This document shows positions 17,017 to 23,214 of a stretch of 25,577 nucleotides of DNA, one piece after another. Within the stretch, counting starts at the first letter, position 1; each line of letters begins with the position of its first letter. Location: positions 1 through 25,577 of IMG/VR virus record IMGVR_UViG_3300022936_000027. One strand, given 5' to 3'. Below the pieces are notes generated by a model, which was given only the letters and a program-made list of their open reading frames with translations, was not told where the DNA came from and made no database searches. A program made the translations under genes and the position numbers. The DNA comes from a virus (Duplodnaviria > Caudoviricetes).

Positions 17017-18180
17017 TTAAACACTGGCGGGAGTGGCAGCCTCCACCTTCTCAGCTTTGGGTGCCTTTGCTCCCTTGGTGGCCGCTCCCTTCTTAGCAGC
17101 CTCCATGCGCACACGCGCCGCTTCCATCGTGGCAAGGTATGATCCGCCCTGTTTATCCAGCCCTTTACGGCCATTCGCCAAGGTCTGAATGAGTTGCAGC
17201 TCACCGGACAACCAATGGAGACGGTATTGTGCGCTTTTCATCGGCTCTTGAATGTGATTCGCAATCTCCGACACTTGCTTCCCCTTAACCTCTGCGTCGA
17301 GGAAACGCAGAATCTGGATATCTTTCCAAGTGAGCCCCATTGGGTAACGGGCGACGGTATGGCGTTTGTCCTCGGAAACGTGGTGACGCTCACCGGCGGC
17401 AAAAGCCTTGGCAAAGGCAAGGTTGATTTTCCCCCCGGCCAGCAAAGCTTTTTTCCGCAATTCCGGTCCCATTTCCTGAGTAATCGCCCGAGCATTTGCC
17501 CAGACCCGCTTGCACAGAAATTCAACGGCATCGGCGTCTGCTTTGATTTCCTCTACGTCCTCACCACCTTTCAACGCCAGCTTTAGGAGTGCCGCCTTTT
17601 CGGAATCCGAATAGGCCACGAAGTCTAGAGACGTGAACCGGCCAGACGGTCCCCACAAGGCCGGGTCTTTAGCCGCGCAATCTTCGTTGCTGGCGGTGAT
17701 CCACAGATGCTGGAAAGGGTTGGCCGGGAAGATGCACTCTTCAGAAAGCGGCACGTCTTCACACTGGCCGTCAGTTTCTAGAATCGGCTTAAGCATATTC
17801 CGCAGACGCTTTTCCATATCGTGCGATTCGTCGCAAAAGATGGTCGCTGGCCGTCCGGCCACTTCTTTAGCCAAAATGGAAATCAGTTGAGGCCGGGTGG
17901 TACCGGGAGGAACGACAACGAACCGATGCTCCCCCCCGTGCATTTCATCGCGTGCTGCCGCAATCATTTTAGCAAAGCGGGTTTTACCCAATCCAGCAGG
18001 CCCTTTGAAGTGAAGCGGGCGAAAGGGCTCATTCGCTCCTTTCTTTTCAAGGGTCAAAACTTCGTTCAGTTCTCCGACGGCGCTGGACTGGCCGATGTAA
18101 CCCGGAAAGAAGTTTTCAAGCTTGATGCCGCTAGGCGCTGCTTTGGTGGAGGTAGTTTTAGAGGCTGCTTTAGTGGACAT
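17017..18180 (-). CDS. RuvB-like AAA+ ATPase (divergent)
   Basis: Motifs colinear with RuvB: YIGQ, Walker A GPAGLGKT, Walker B IFCDESH, GRF arginine finger, AYSDSE, ANAR sensor-2-like segment, and C-terminal winged helix MGLTWKDIQIL...IQTLANGR. Start set to ATG 18180. Confidence 0.85.
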   Translation of the reverse strand: MSTKAASKTTSTKAAPSGIKLENFFPGYIGQSSAVGELNEVLTLEKKGANEPFRPLHFKGPAGLGKTRFAKMIAAARDEMHGGEHRFVVVPPGTTRPQLISILAKEVAGRPATIFCDESHDMEKRLRNMLKPILETDGQCEDVPLSEECIFPANPFQHLWITASNEDCAAKDPALWGPSGRFTSLDFVAYSDSEKAALLKLALKGGEDVEEIKADADAVEFLCKRVWANARAITQEMGPELRKKALLAGGKINLAFAKAFAAGERHHVSEDKRHTVARYPMGLTWKDIQILRFLDAEVKGKQVSEIANHIQEPMKSAQYRLHWLSGELQLIQTLANGRKGLDKQGGSYLATMEAARVRMEAAKKGAATKGAKAPKAEKVEAATPASV

Positions 18181-18257
18181 AATCAATTTAAGTTAACGGT
18201 TTGGTTTTGGTTAATGCCGTGTCGCTTTCCGTCTTGGAAAACTCACACTGCATCTCC

Positions 18258-18285
18258 TTTTTAATGCATCGGCATGGGGAAGCAA
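18258..18285 (-). promoter_or_regulatory. sigma70-type early promoter
   Basis: TTGCTT-N16-TAAAAA with an upstream A-tract. Confidence 0.5.
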
Positions 18286-18433
18286 GGGATTTTTTCAATA
18301 AACGGCAAAAAAGTTTCAAAAGGGGGGCAGAATGCACTTTTTTCCACGCTTGGCACAAAATCTCGCAAGTAGAAGTGTGCCAAGCTTTAATCTTTTTACT
18401 TATCTTAACCTAATTAAGGGAAAACTTATCTTT

Positions 18434-18516
18434 TGGCATGGGAGTTGAATCTTAGGACGCCTTGATTGTTAAGGTGCCTTTACTAAATAAAACTTGCTTT
18501 TGGTATAAGCCTTGCT
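18434..18516 (+). promoter_or_regulatory. two sigma54-like -24/-12 elements
   Basis: TGGCATGGGAGTTGAA (18434) and TGGTATAAGCCTTGCT (18501, exact GG-N10-GC). Both are preceded by AAAACTT-(AT/G)-CTTT. Confidence 0.45.
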
Positions 18517-18720
18517 ACGCGGCGCATTCCCTACCCAGGCACTCTACTTTGGCCAGGCATAGGTGCCTCCGGCTTATATAAGTGTTTATTTGCAATCTGG
18601 TACACAATGTCCTGTTTTTGAAATCGTATATTTCGGCGCTCTGAAATAATGTCCAAAAATTTTAATGAGTTTACTTAGTATATTATGGGCGGCGCATACG
18701 ATGTCCTATTTTACAAAACG

Positions 18721-18755
18721 CAAATAAGCCTTCCCGGTTAAGGAAGGCTTATTTG
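18721..18755. terminator. intrinsic terminator
   Basis: Perfect 14-bp stem CAAATAAGCCTTCC/GGAAGGCTTATTTG. Confidence 0.8.
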
Positions 18756-18770
18756 TTTACTTTGTTTACT

Positions 18771-19019
18771 TTACTTAACCTTTACGTTCCCGGTTCTAAT
18801 CAGGTGGTTTCCAATCATCACCCGAATTGCCTGTCCGGCGACAACCGCAATAAATCCCGCCGTTTCAACCGAAGCTCCAGTTCCGAAGCATGAGCGGATA
18901 ACCGCTTTAATATCCTTAGCTTCACCTTCCGCCGTCGTCTTATAGAGCGGGGCGAGAATCTCGGAAACAGTCTGAAGGTCTTCTTCGTTAATCGGCAGTT
19001 CAACAAGTGGGTTTTTCAT
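18771..19019 (-). CDS. hypothetical early protein (leaderless)
   Basis: 82 aa between its own promoter and terminator. Confidence 0.8.
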   Translation of the reverse strand: MKNPLVELPINEEDLQTVSEILAPLYKTTAEGEAKDIKAVIRSCFGTGASVETAGFIAVVAGQAIRVMIGNHLIRTGNVKVK

Positions 19020-19025
19020 GGGATC

Positions 19026-19076
19026 AATTAATCATAAGGTAAAAGCAAAGTCAAATTCTTTTTTAACTTTTTTTTC
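19026..19076 (-). promoter_or_regulatory. sigma70-type early promoter with UP element
   Basis: Two A-tracts, then TTGACT-N17-TTAATT-N6-ATG. Confidence 0.7.
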
Positions 19077-19081
19077 GACGC

Positions 19082-19113
19082 AAGAAAACCCAGCTTTTCA
19101 GCCGGGCTTTCTT
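19082..19113 (-). terminator. intrinsic terminator
   Basis: Minus strand GCCCGGCT-GAAA-AGCTGGGT-TTTCTT. Confidence 0.8.
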
Positions 19114-19139
19114 TATTGCGCTTACTTACTTTATTTTAC

Positions 19140-19358
19140 TTAATCCCAGTGGGCGTCGTAAGCTTTTTCCACTTCATCTTCCGTCATTCTCATACGCTCC
19201 CCAATTTTCCGCCACCATTGCACCAGTTCGTCAACTTGGTGGTCATAATCGAAGCTTGTGATTCTCTTTCCTTTTTTATCCCGGATAACCGCCGTAGGAT
19301 AAGCTTCGCCTTCGTCTTCAAATGTCAGATTAAGTTTGGTTGGATTAGGTTTGTTCAT
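19140..19358 (-). CDS. hypothetical early protein (leaderless)
   Basis: 72 aa with its own promoter and terminator. Confidence 0.8.
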   Translation of the reverse strand: MNKPNPTKLNLTFEDEGEAYPTAVIRDKKGKRITSFDYDHQVDELVQWWRKIGERMRMTEDEVEKAYDAHWD

Positions 19359-19364
19359 GGATTC

Positions 19365-19415
19365 ACTTAACCATAAGCAAAAACAAAAGTAAAATTCTTT
19401 TTTAAAGTTTTTTTC
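19365..19415 (-). promoter_or_regulatory. sigma70-type early promoter with UP element
   Basis: TTTACT-N17-TTAAGT-N6-ATG. Near-duplicate of the 19026-19076 element. Confidence 0.7.
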
Positions 19416-19436
19416 GGCGCAATAAAGCTAAGTGTT

Positions 19437-19649
19437 TTATTCATTTAATTTATTCTGCATCGCCTTATATCCTTTGGCCGCATCCCCGCGCCTCGCATTC
19501 TTCCAATGTCCTAACCTTTTTAATTCCTGCTTTAACGTCTGGCCCATTACATTGCAGCTATATACGTCCCGACGACTCCCTTTCAATCTAAGCCAATTCT
19601 TTACTAATCTAGCTAATTCTTTATCGTTTATAGTTAATTCTTCGTCCAT
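19437..19649 (-). CDS. hypothetical basic protein
   Basis: Start moved to ATG 19649 (MDEELTIN...), 5 nt after a TATACT box. Confidence 0.65.
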   Translation of the reverse strand: MDEELTINDKELARLVKNWLRLKGSRRDVYSCNVMGQTLKQELKRLGHWKNARRGDAAKGYKAMQNKLNE

Positions 19650-20155
19650 ATATGAGTATATAGATAGAATTCCGCGCAAATAAAGCAGAATATGGTGTTA
19701 GGCGACACTTATTTCCCCCATTTTATCTAATTTGCCTATTCTAATATGCTGTGATTTATTATAATCGCCGCTTTTTAGCCATTATTTAACAATACAGAGC
19801 ATAATAGAAGTAGATATAAGGTAATAAATGATAAGTTTTACGGTGTTTTTGTGCGTATTTGTAAAGAAATGTTTCTATGACCACCCAAATACTACATTAA
19901 ACACTCTATTAACTCTATTCTTTATATGTCCTTTATTCATCTTATATATATCTTTATACGTAGGAGGGAAGCCTAGCGTAGCAAAGGCTTGCTTTCACTA
20001 CATTTCAAAACCGTTTACCTACGTAAGCAGTAATTTCATAACATTACTTACAATGAGCCCCGAGCTAGATGAAACTAATTCAATAAGAAAGCTTTTTATG
20101 TTTTTTACTTACTTTACTTTAATAGCGCCGCCTTTATGAATTAGTTATCCAAACG

Positions 20156-20190
20156 AAAGAATGCCTAGCTTTTTAGGCTAGGCATTCTTT
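20156..20190. terminator. intrinsic terminator
   Basis: 14-bp stem AAAGAATGCCTAGC/GCTAGGCATTCTTT. Confidence 0.8.
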
Positions 20191-20206
20191 ACTTGTTTTA
20201 CTTTAC

Positions 20207-20413
20207 TTACTGCCAATCCACATGGATTCCGGGGAACTTGTCGAAAATCCAGTCTTCCAGATCAGACTCCCGCCCAAAGTATTCTGGCGGAATACTCATG
20301 CTGAATTGAGCGTGCGAAGTGTCGCCGATGAAAAAGTGAACTTGTTTGTTCGTTTCGATGGACGCGCGCATTTGGTCACGTACTTCTCCGAGGGTAACTT
20401 GAGTTTTAGGCAT
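20207..20413 (-). CDS. hypothetical early protein
   Basis: 68 aa, start context AACTAATTAAACTGATT-ATG. Confidence 0.8.
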   Translation of the reverse strand: MPKTQVTLGEVRDQMRASIETNKQVHFFIGDTSHAQFSMSIPPEYFGRESDLEDWIFDKFPGIHVDWQ

Positions 20414-20432
20414 AATCAGTTTAATTAGTTAC

Positions 20433-20774
20433 TTAAGGTAATACCTCCGTTTCAATTTTGATCGAATCCATGATCTTCCGATATATCCGATCCAGCCTTT
20501 GCCAGCGCCGATGAATTGGGAAGTTGTTCCGATCAATCTCCTCAATCTCATTCATTGCGGCGAGAATCTTAGTAATCCTATTCACTTTAATAGTTTTACT
20601 TCTAGTGTCCGCTTCGATGATTTCGATGAGCGCATTTTCCTTTTCAGTTTCGCTCAGGTCCGAATTGTAGCGGATGCCGAGCGCATCCTTTCCCTTTTCA
20701 GGGATCGAATCATAGATGAATTCGGCGAGGATGAGAAACCAAGGGAAGCGGGAATCTTTAGAAGGGAGTTTCAT
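20433..20774 (-). CDS. hypothetical early protein
   Basis: 113 aa, start context AACTAATTAAACTCATT-ATG. Confidence 0.8.
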   Translation of the reverse strand: MKLPSKDSRFPWFLILAEFIYDSIPEKGKDALGIRYNSDLSETEKENALIEIIEADTRSKTIKVNRITKILAAMNEIEEIDRNNFPIHRRWQRLDRIYRKIMDSIKIETEVLP

Positions 20775-20799
20775 AATGAGTTTAATTAGTTTACTTTAC

Positions 20800-20970
20800 T
20801 TAGAAGCTTGCGGCGACCTTCGTGAGTTTCCCGAGGATGTAACCTTTCCCCGAGTATTCGCGCATCAGATTCCGACGGTGCCGGATGGCAGCCTTGCGTC
20901 CACCGCGGTACTCGAAAGAAGAAGCGAAGTCACCGTTTGAGAAATACATTTTCCAGAAGTAGTTTTTCAT
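20800..20970 (-). CDS. small basic early protein (56 aa, not in ORF track)
   Basis: MKNYFWKMYFSNGDFASSFEYRGGRKAAIRHRRNLMREYSGKGYILGKLTKVAASF. Directly follows a promoter and ends in TAAGTAAA. Confidence 0.75.
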   Translation of the reverse strand: MKNYFWKMYFSNGDFASSFEYRGGRKAAIRHRRNLMREYSGKGYILGKLTKVAASF

Positions 20971-20981
20971 AAGTTTTTTTC

Positions 20982-21010
20982 ATTCTAATCTCTATCAAAA
21001 CAAATTGCAA
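20982..21010 (-). promoter_or_regulatory. sigma70-type early promoter
   Basis: TTGCAA-N17-TAGAAT-GAAAAAAACTT-ATG. Confidence 0.8.
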
Positions 21011-21041
21011 GGAAAAGTTTTGATTTTTTTTTCGTACGCAG

Positions 21042-21066
21042 GAAAAGCCGCCTTTTACAGCGGCTA
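21042..21066 (-). terminator. intrinsic terminator
   Basis: AGCCGC/GCGGCT stem followed by TTT on the minus strand. Confidence 0.7.
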
Positions 21067-21081
21067 ATCCCTTTAGTTCGT

Positions 21082-21459
21082 TTACTTAAAAAGCTTGGGA
21101 AACTTCTTTTTGGTCGCGCATTTTTCAGAATAGGCGCTTGTTTTGGAAATTCCCAAAGTTTTCATTACTTCGGTGACTCCGCCCCTTTTGAATGCCAGCG
21201 CCAGAATTTTCGGACGGTCTTTAGTTTCTTTACTTTTAAGGCGAGGATTAAAAGTAAACCCTTCCCATCCATTCCAGCGTTCCAGCGTTTGCCTGACATA
21301 CTCGTGAGTAAAAAGAGTTTTCCTTTTAATCTCTTTACTTACGATTTCCCCAATTTCCTTAAGGGTGTAAACCTTTTCGTTTTGTTCATTATTCAAGCTC
21401 GAAAGCTCGATCATGCGCTTGTGAATTGGAGTTGGTTCGGTGAGTGCTTTGCGGCCCAT
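21082..21459 (-). CDS. double-HTH DNA-binding protein (sigma70 region-4-like)
   Basis: YTLKEIGE...FTHEYVRQTL and GVTEVMKTLGISKTSAYS. Confidence 0.7.
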   Translation of the reverse strand: MGRKALTEPTPIHKRMIELSSLNNEQNEKVYTLKEIGEIVSKEIKRKTLFTHEYVRQTLERWNGWEGFTFNPRLKSKETKDRPKILALAFKRGGVTEVMKTLGISKTSAYSEKCATKKKFPKLFK

Positions 21460-21480
21460 ATTATGTTTAGTTTATTTATT

Positions 21481-21768
21481 TTAGTTTTTCGAGAAAATCA
21501 TTCCCTCAAAATAGCCCCGGCTTTCCAGTTCTCCAATCGGGCCAAGTTGAAGGAAAATCGCCCATTCAAGCTTTTTCGCTTCCGCTTCGATTTCCTTTGA
21601 CCATTCAGCCATTTCTTCGGATTCGTCGCCGTTATTAACCGCGCGGTTATATTCCGCAATTTCGGCGTCGAGAGCTTCACACATTTCGGCTGCTTTGCTT
21701 TCACAGAAGTTAATAGCGCCGAGGAAATACCAAGCGGAAACGATGAGGAGGATGGAGATTGTAAGCAT
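21481..21768 (-). CDS. hypothetical protein with N-terminal membrane segment
   Basis: MLTISILLIVSAWYFLGAI followed by an acidic helical body. Confidence 0.75.
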   Translation of the reverse strand: MLTISILLIVSAWYFLGAINFCESKAAEMCEALDAEIAEYNRAVNNGDESEEMAEWSKEIEAEAKKLEWAIFLQLGPIGELESRGYFEGMIFSKN

Positions 21769-21779
21769 AAGTTTTTTTC

Positions 21780-21808
21780 ATTCTAATTTCTCTCAAAACG
21801 AATTTCAA
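21780..21808 (-). promoter_or_regulatory. sigma70-type early promoter
   Basis: TTGAAA-N17-TAGAAT-GAAAAAAACTT-ATG. Near-duplicate of 20982-21010. Confidence 0.8.
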
Positions 21809-21836
21809 GAAAAATTTAAAATTATTTTTGGGCACG

Positions 21837-21867
21837 AAAAAACCGCCCATTTCTAGGCGGCTTTTTT
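21837..21867 (-). terminator. intrinsic terminator
   Basis: CCGCC/GGCGG stem flanked by A6 and T6. Confidence 0.8.
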
Positions 21868-21882
21868 ATTCGTTTTACTTAC

Positions 21883-22317
21883 TTAAGCGATTAAACCACA
21901 AGCGCGAAAGGAAAAGTAAGTATCTCCGATAATTACGTGGTCAAAAACCCGCATCCCTAGCATTTCCCCACATTCCACCAGCCTGCGCGTAACCCGACGA
22001 TCCGCGTCCGATGGCGTACAGTCCCCGCTTGGGTGATTGTGCGCGACGGTAATTCGGAAAGCGCCCGCCAGAATTCCGTGGCGGAAGATGGCGGAAAAAT
22101 CCACTACCGTTTCATTTAACGAACCTAATCCAACTAATACGCGACCAATAGGCTTCATTTGAGTATTTAAACAAATCAGCCACATTTGCTCCTGAAAAGG
22201 GTTTTCGTCTATTTTTTCCTTTAGATAAGCAACCACATTTTCTGGAGAATCCAACACGTCGAGGGAGGGGATTTCACCGACGGTCTTGTAACTGATTTTC
22301 ATTTCGCGGATTTTCAT
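21883..22317 (-). CDS. radC: RadC-family JAB-domain protein
   Basis: QEQMW, VAHNHPSGDCTPSDAD and FDHVIIG. JAB domain only, with no N-terminal HhH part. Confidence 0.92.
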   Translation of the reverse strand: MKIREMKISYKTVGEIPSLDVLDSPENVVAYLKEKIDENPFQEQMWLICLNTQMKPIGRVLVGLGSLNETVVDFSAIFRHGILAGAFRITVAHNHPSGDCTPSDADRRVTRRLVECGEMLGMRVFDHVIIGDTYFSFRACGLIA

Positions 22318-22328
22318 AAGTTTTATTC

Positions 22329-22356
22329 AATTTAGAGAAACTTTTTGAGCATGCAA
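22329..22356 (-). promoter_or_regulatory. sigma70-type early promoter
   Basis: TTGCAT-N16-TAAATT-GAATAAAACTT-ATG. Confidence 0.7.
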
Positions 22357-22384
22357 TAAAATTTTGAAATTATTTTTGAGCACG

Positions 22385-22416
22385 AAAAAAGGCCACCCTT
22401 TCGAGTGGCCTTTTTT
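22385..22416 (-). terminator. intrinsic terminator
   Basis: A6-GGCCAC...GTGGCC-T6, with a GAAA loop on the minus strand. Confidence 0.85.
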
Positions 22417-22427
22417 ATTCGTTTTAC

Positions 22428-22676
22428 TTATTTAGCGTAACGGATGACGAGAGTTTCGTCACATTCGCCCATATCTGAGCATCCATTTTTATCTAAGTAT
22501 TCGCGAGCTGCTTCTTCCGCGTCTGAAAAAGAAAGAGACTCAGAATCTCCATAAATCCAAATTTCCGTTTCTCCCCATGAGACAGAGTAAATTATGGAGT
22601 ATTCTCCATGTTCCTCCTTCGGGAGAACGCGAAGCGGGAAGGTTCCAGTGATATGAGCGGTGATAAGATTTTTCAT
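22428..22676 (-). CDS. hypothetical acidic early protein (leaderless)
   Basis: 82 aa with its own promoter and terminator. Confidence 0.8.
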   Translation of the reverse strand: MKNLITAHITGTFPLRVLPKEEHGEYSIIYSVSWGETEIWIYGDSESLSFSDAEEAAREYLDKNGCSDMGECDETLVIRYAK

Positions 22677-22682
22677 AGTTTC

Positions 22683-22710
22683 ATTTTATCCACTAATTTT
22701 CGACGCGCAA
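22683..22710 (-). promoter_or_regulatory. sigma70-type early promoter
   Basis: TTGCGC-N16-TAAAAT-N6-ATG. Confidence 0.7.
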
Positions 22711-22721
22711 TAAAAATTTGC

Positions 22722-22756
22722 AAAAAAATAAACCCCTATTTCTAGGGGCTTATTTA
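22722..22756 (-). terminator. intrinsic terminator
   Basis: Minus strand GCCCCTA-GAAA-TAGGGGT-TTATTTTTTT. Confidence 0.85.
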
Positions 22757-22771
22757 TTTTAATTTCTTTAC

Positions 22772-22903
22772 TTAAACCCTTGCCGCCATCTTCGCCAGTT
22801 TCAGCGAACGCTTCGGCCCATAGTTTGTCCGATACATTTTGTACCACTTTCCCACTTCGATCATTTTGGCAAGCGGCCAGATTACGTGAGGAGTATTTTT
22901 CAT
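22772..22903 (-). CDS. small basic protein (43 aa, not in ORF track)
   Basis: MKNTPHVIWPLAKMIEVGKWYKMYRTNYGPKRSLKLAKMAARV. Start context CTAATTAAGCTCATT-ATG; ends in TAAGTAAA. Confidence 0.7.
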   Translation of the reverse strand: MKNTPHVIWPLAKMIEVGKWYKMYRTNYGPKRSLKLAKMAARV

Positions 22904-22914
22904 AATGAGCTTAA

Positions 22915-22980
22915 TTAGAAAACTTTATTTAATAGCTGGCCGATTCCGTAGAGAAAGAAAAACCAAAGAATAGGATTCAT
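22915..22980 (-). CDS. hydrophobic micro-protein (21 aa)
   Basis: MNPILWFFFLYGIGQLLNKVF. Start context TAATTAAACCAATT-ATG; fills the gap exactly. Confidence 0.55.
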   Translation of the reverse strand: MNPILWFFFLYGIGQLLNKVF

Positions 22981-22995
22981 AATTGGTTTAATTAA

Positions 22996-23118
22996 TTACT
23001 TTACCACCTCCCGCTTAATTCCCGCGATATGAAACGGGATGCGCTGGAAATTTTGGTTGAGAACGTGATTCAGGATTGCGAAGGCGTGGAGGGATGCGAA
23101 GTAGAAGCGGGATTTCAT
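22996..23118 (-). CDS. small protein (40 aa, not in ORF track)
   Basis: MKSRFYFASLHAFAILNHVLNQNFQRIPFHIAGIKREVVK, after a promoter and an A/C-rich leader. Confidence 0.65.
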   Translation of the reverse strand: MKSRFYFASLHAFAILNHVLNQNFQRIPFHIAGIKREVVK

Positions 23119-23151
23119 ATTTTTGGATTGGTTGAGATTGGCTGCAATTCC

Positions 23152-23202
23152 ATTTTTACAGAAAACTTTCCGCTGGTCAAATACTTTTTTAAACTTTTTT
23201 TC
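23152..23202 (-). promoter_or_regulatory. sigma70-type early promoter with UP element
   Basis: GAAAAAAAGTTTAAAAAAGTAT-TTGACC-N16-TAAAAAT. Confidence 0.7.
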
Positions 23203-23214
23203 GCCTATTAATTA

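Noticed and set aside
16344-17020. Recurrent TAAGGCT/AGCCTTA words
   Set aside because: Irregularly spaced and partly explained by codons and hairpin arms. Significance cannot be shown without a count against background.
18351-18367. TGGCACAAAATCTCGC as a sigma54 promoter
   Set aside because: Spacing is GG-N11-GC, one base too long. Kept only as part of the inverted repeat.
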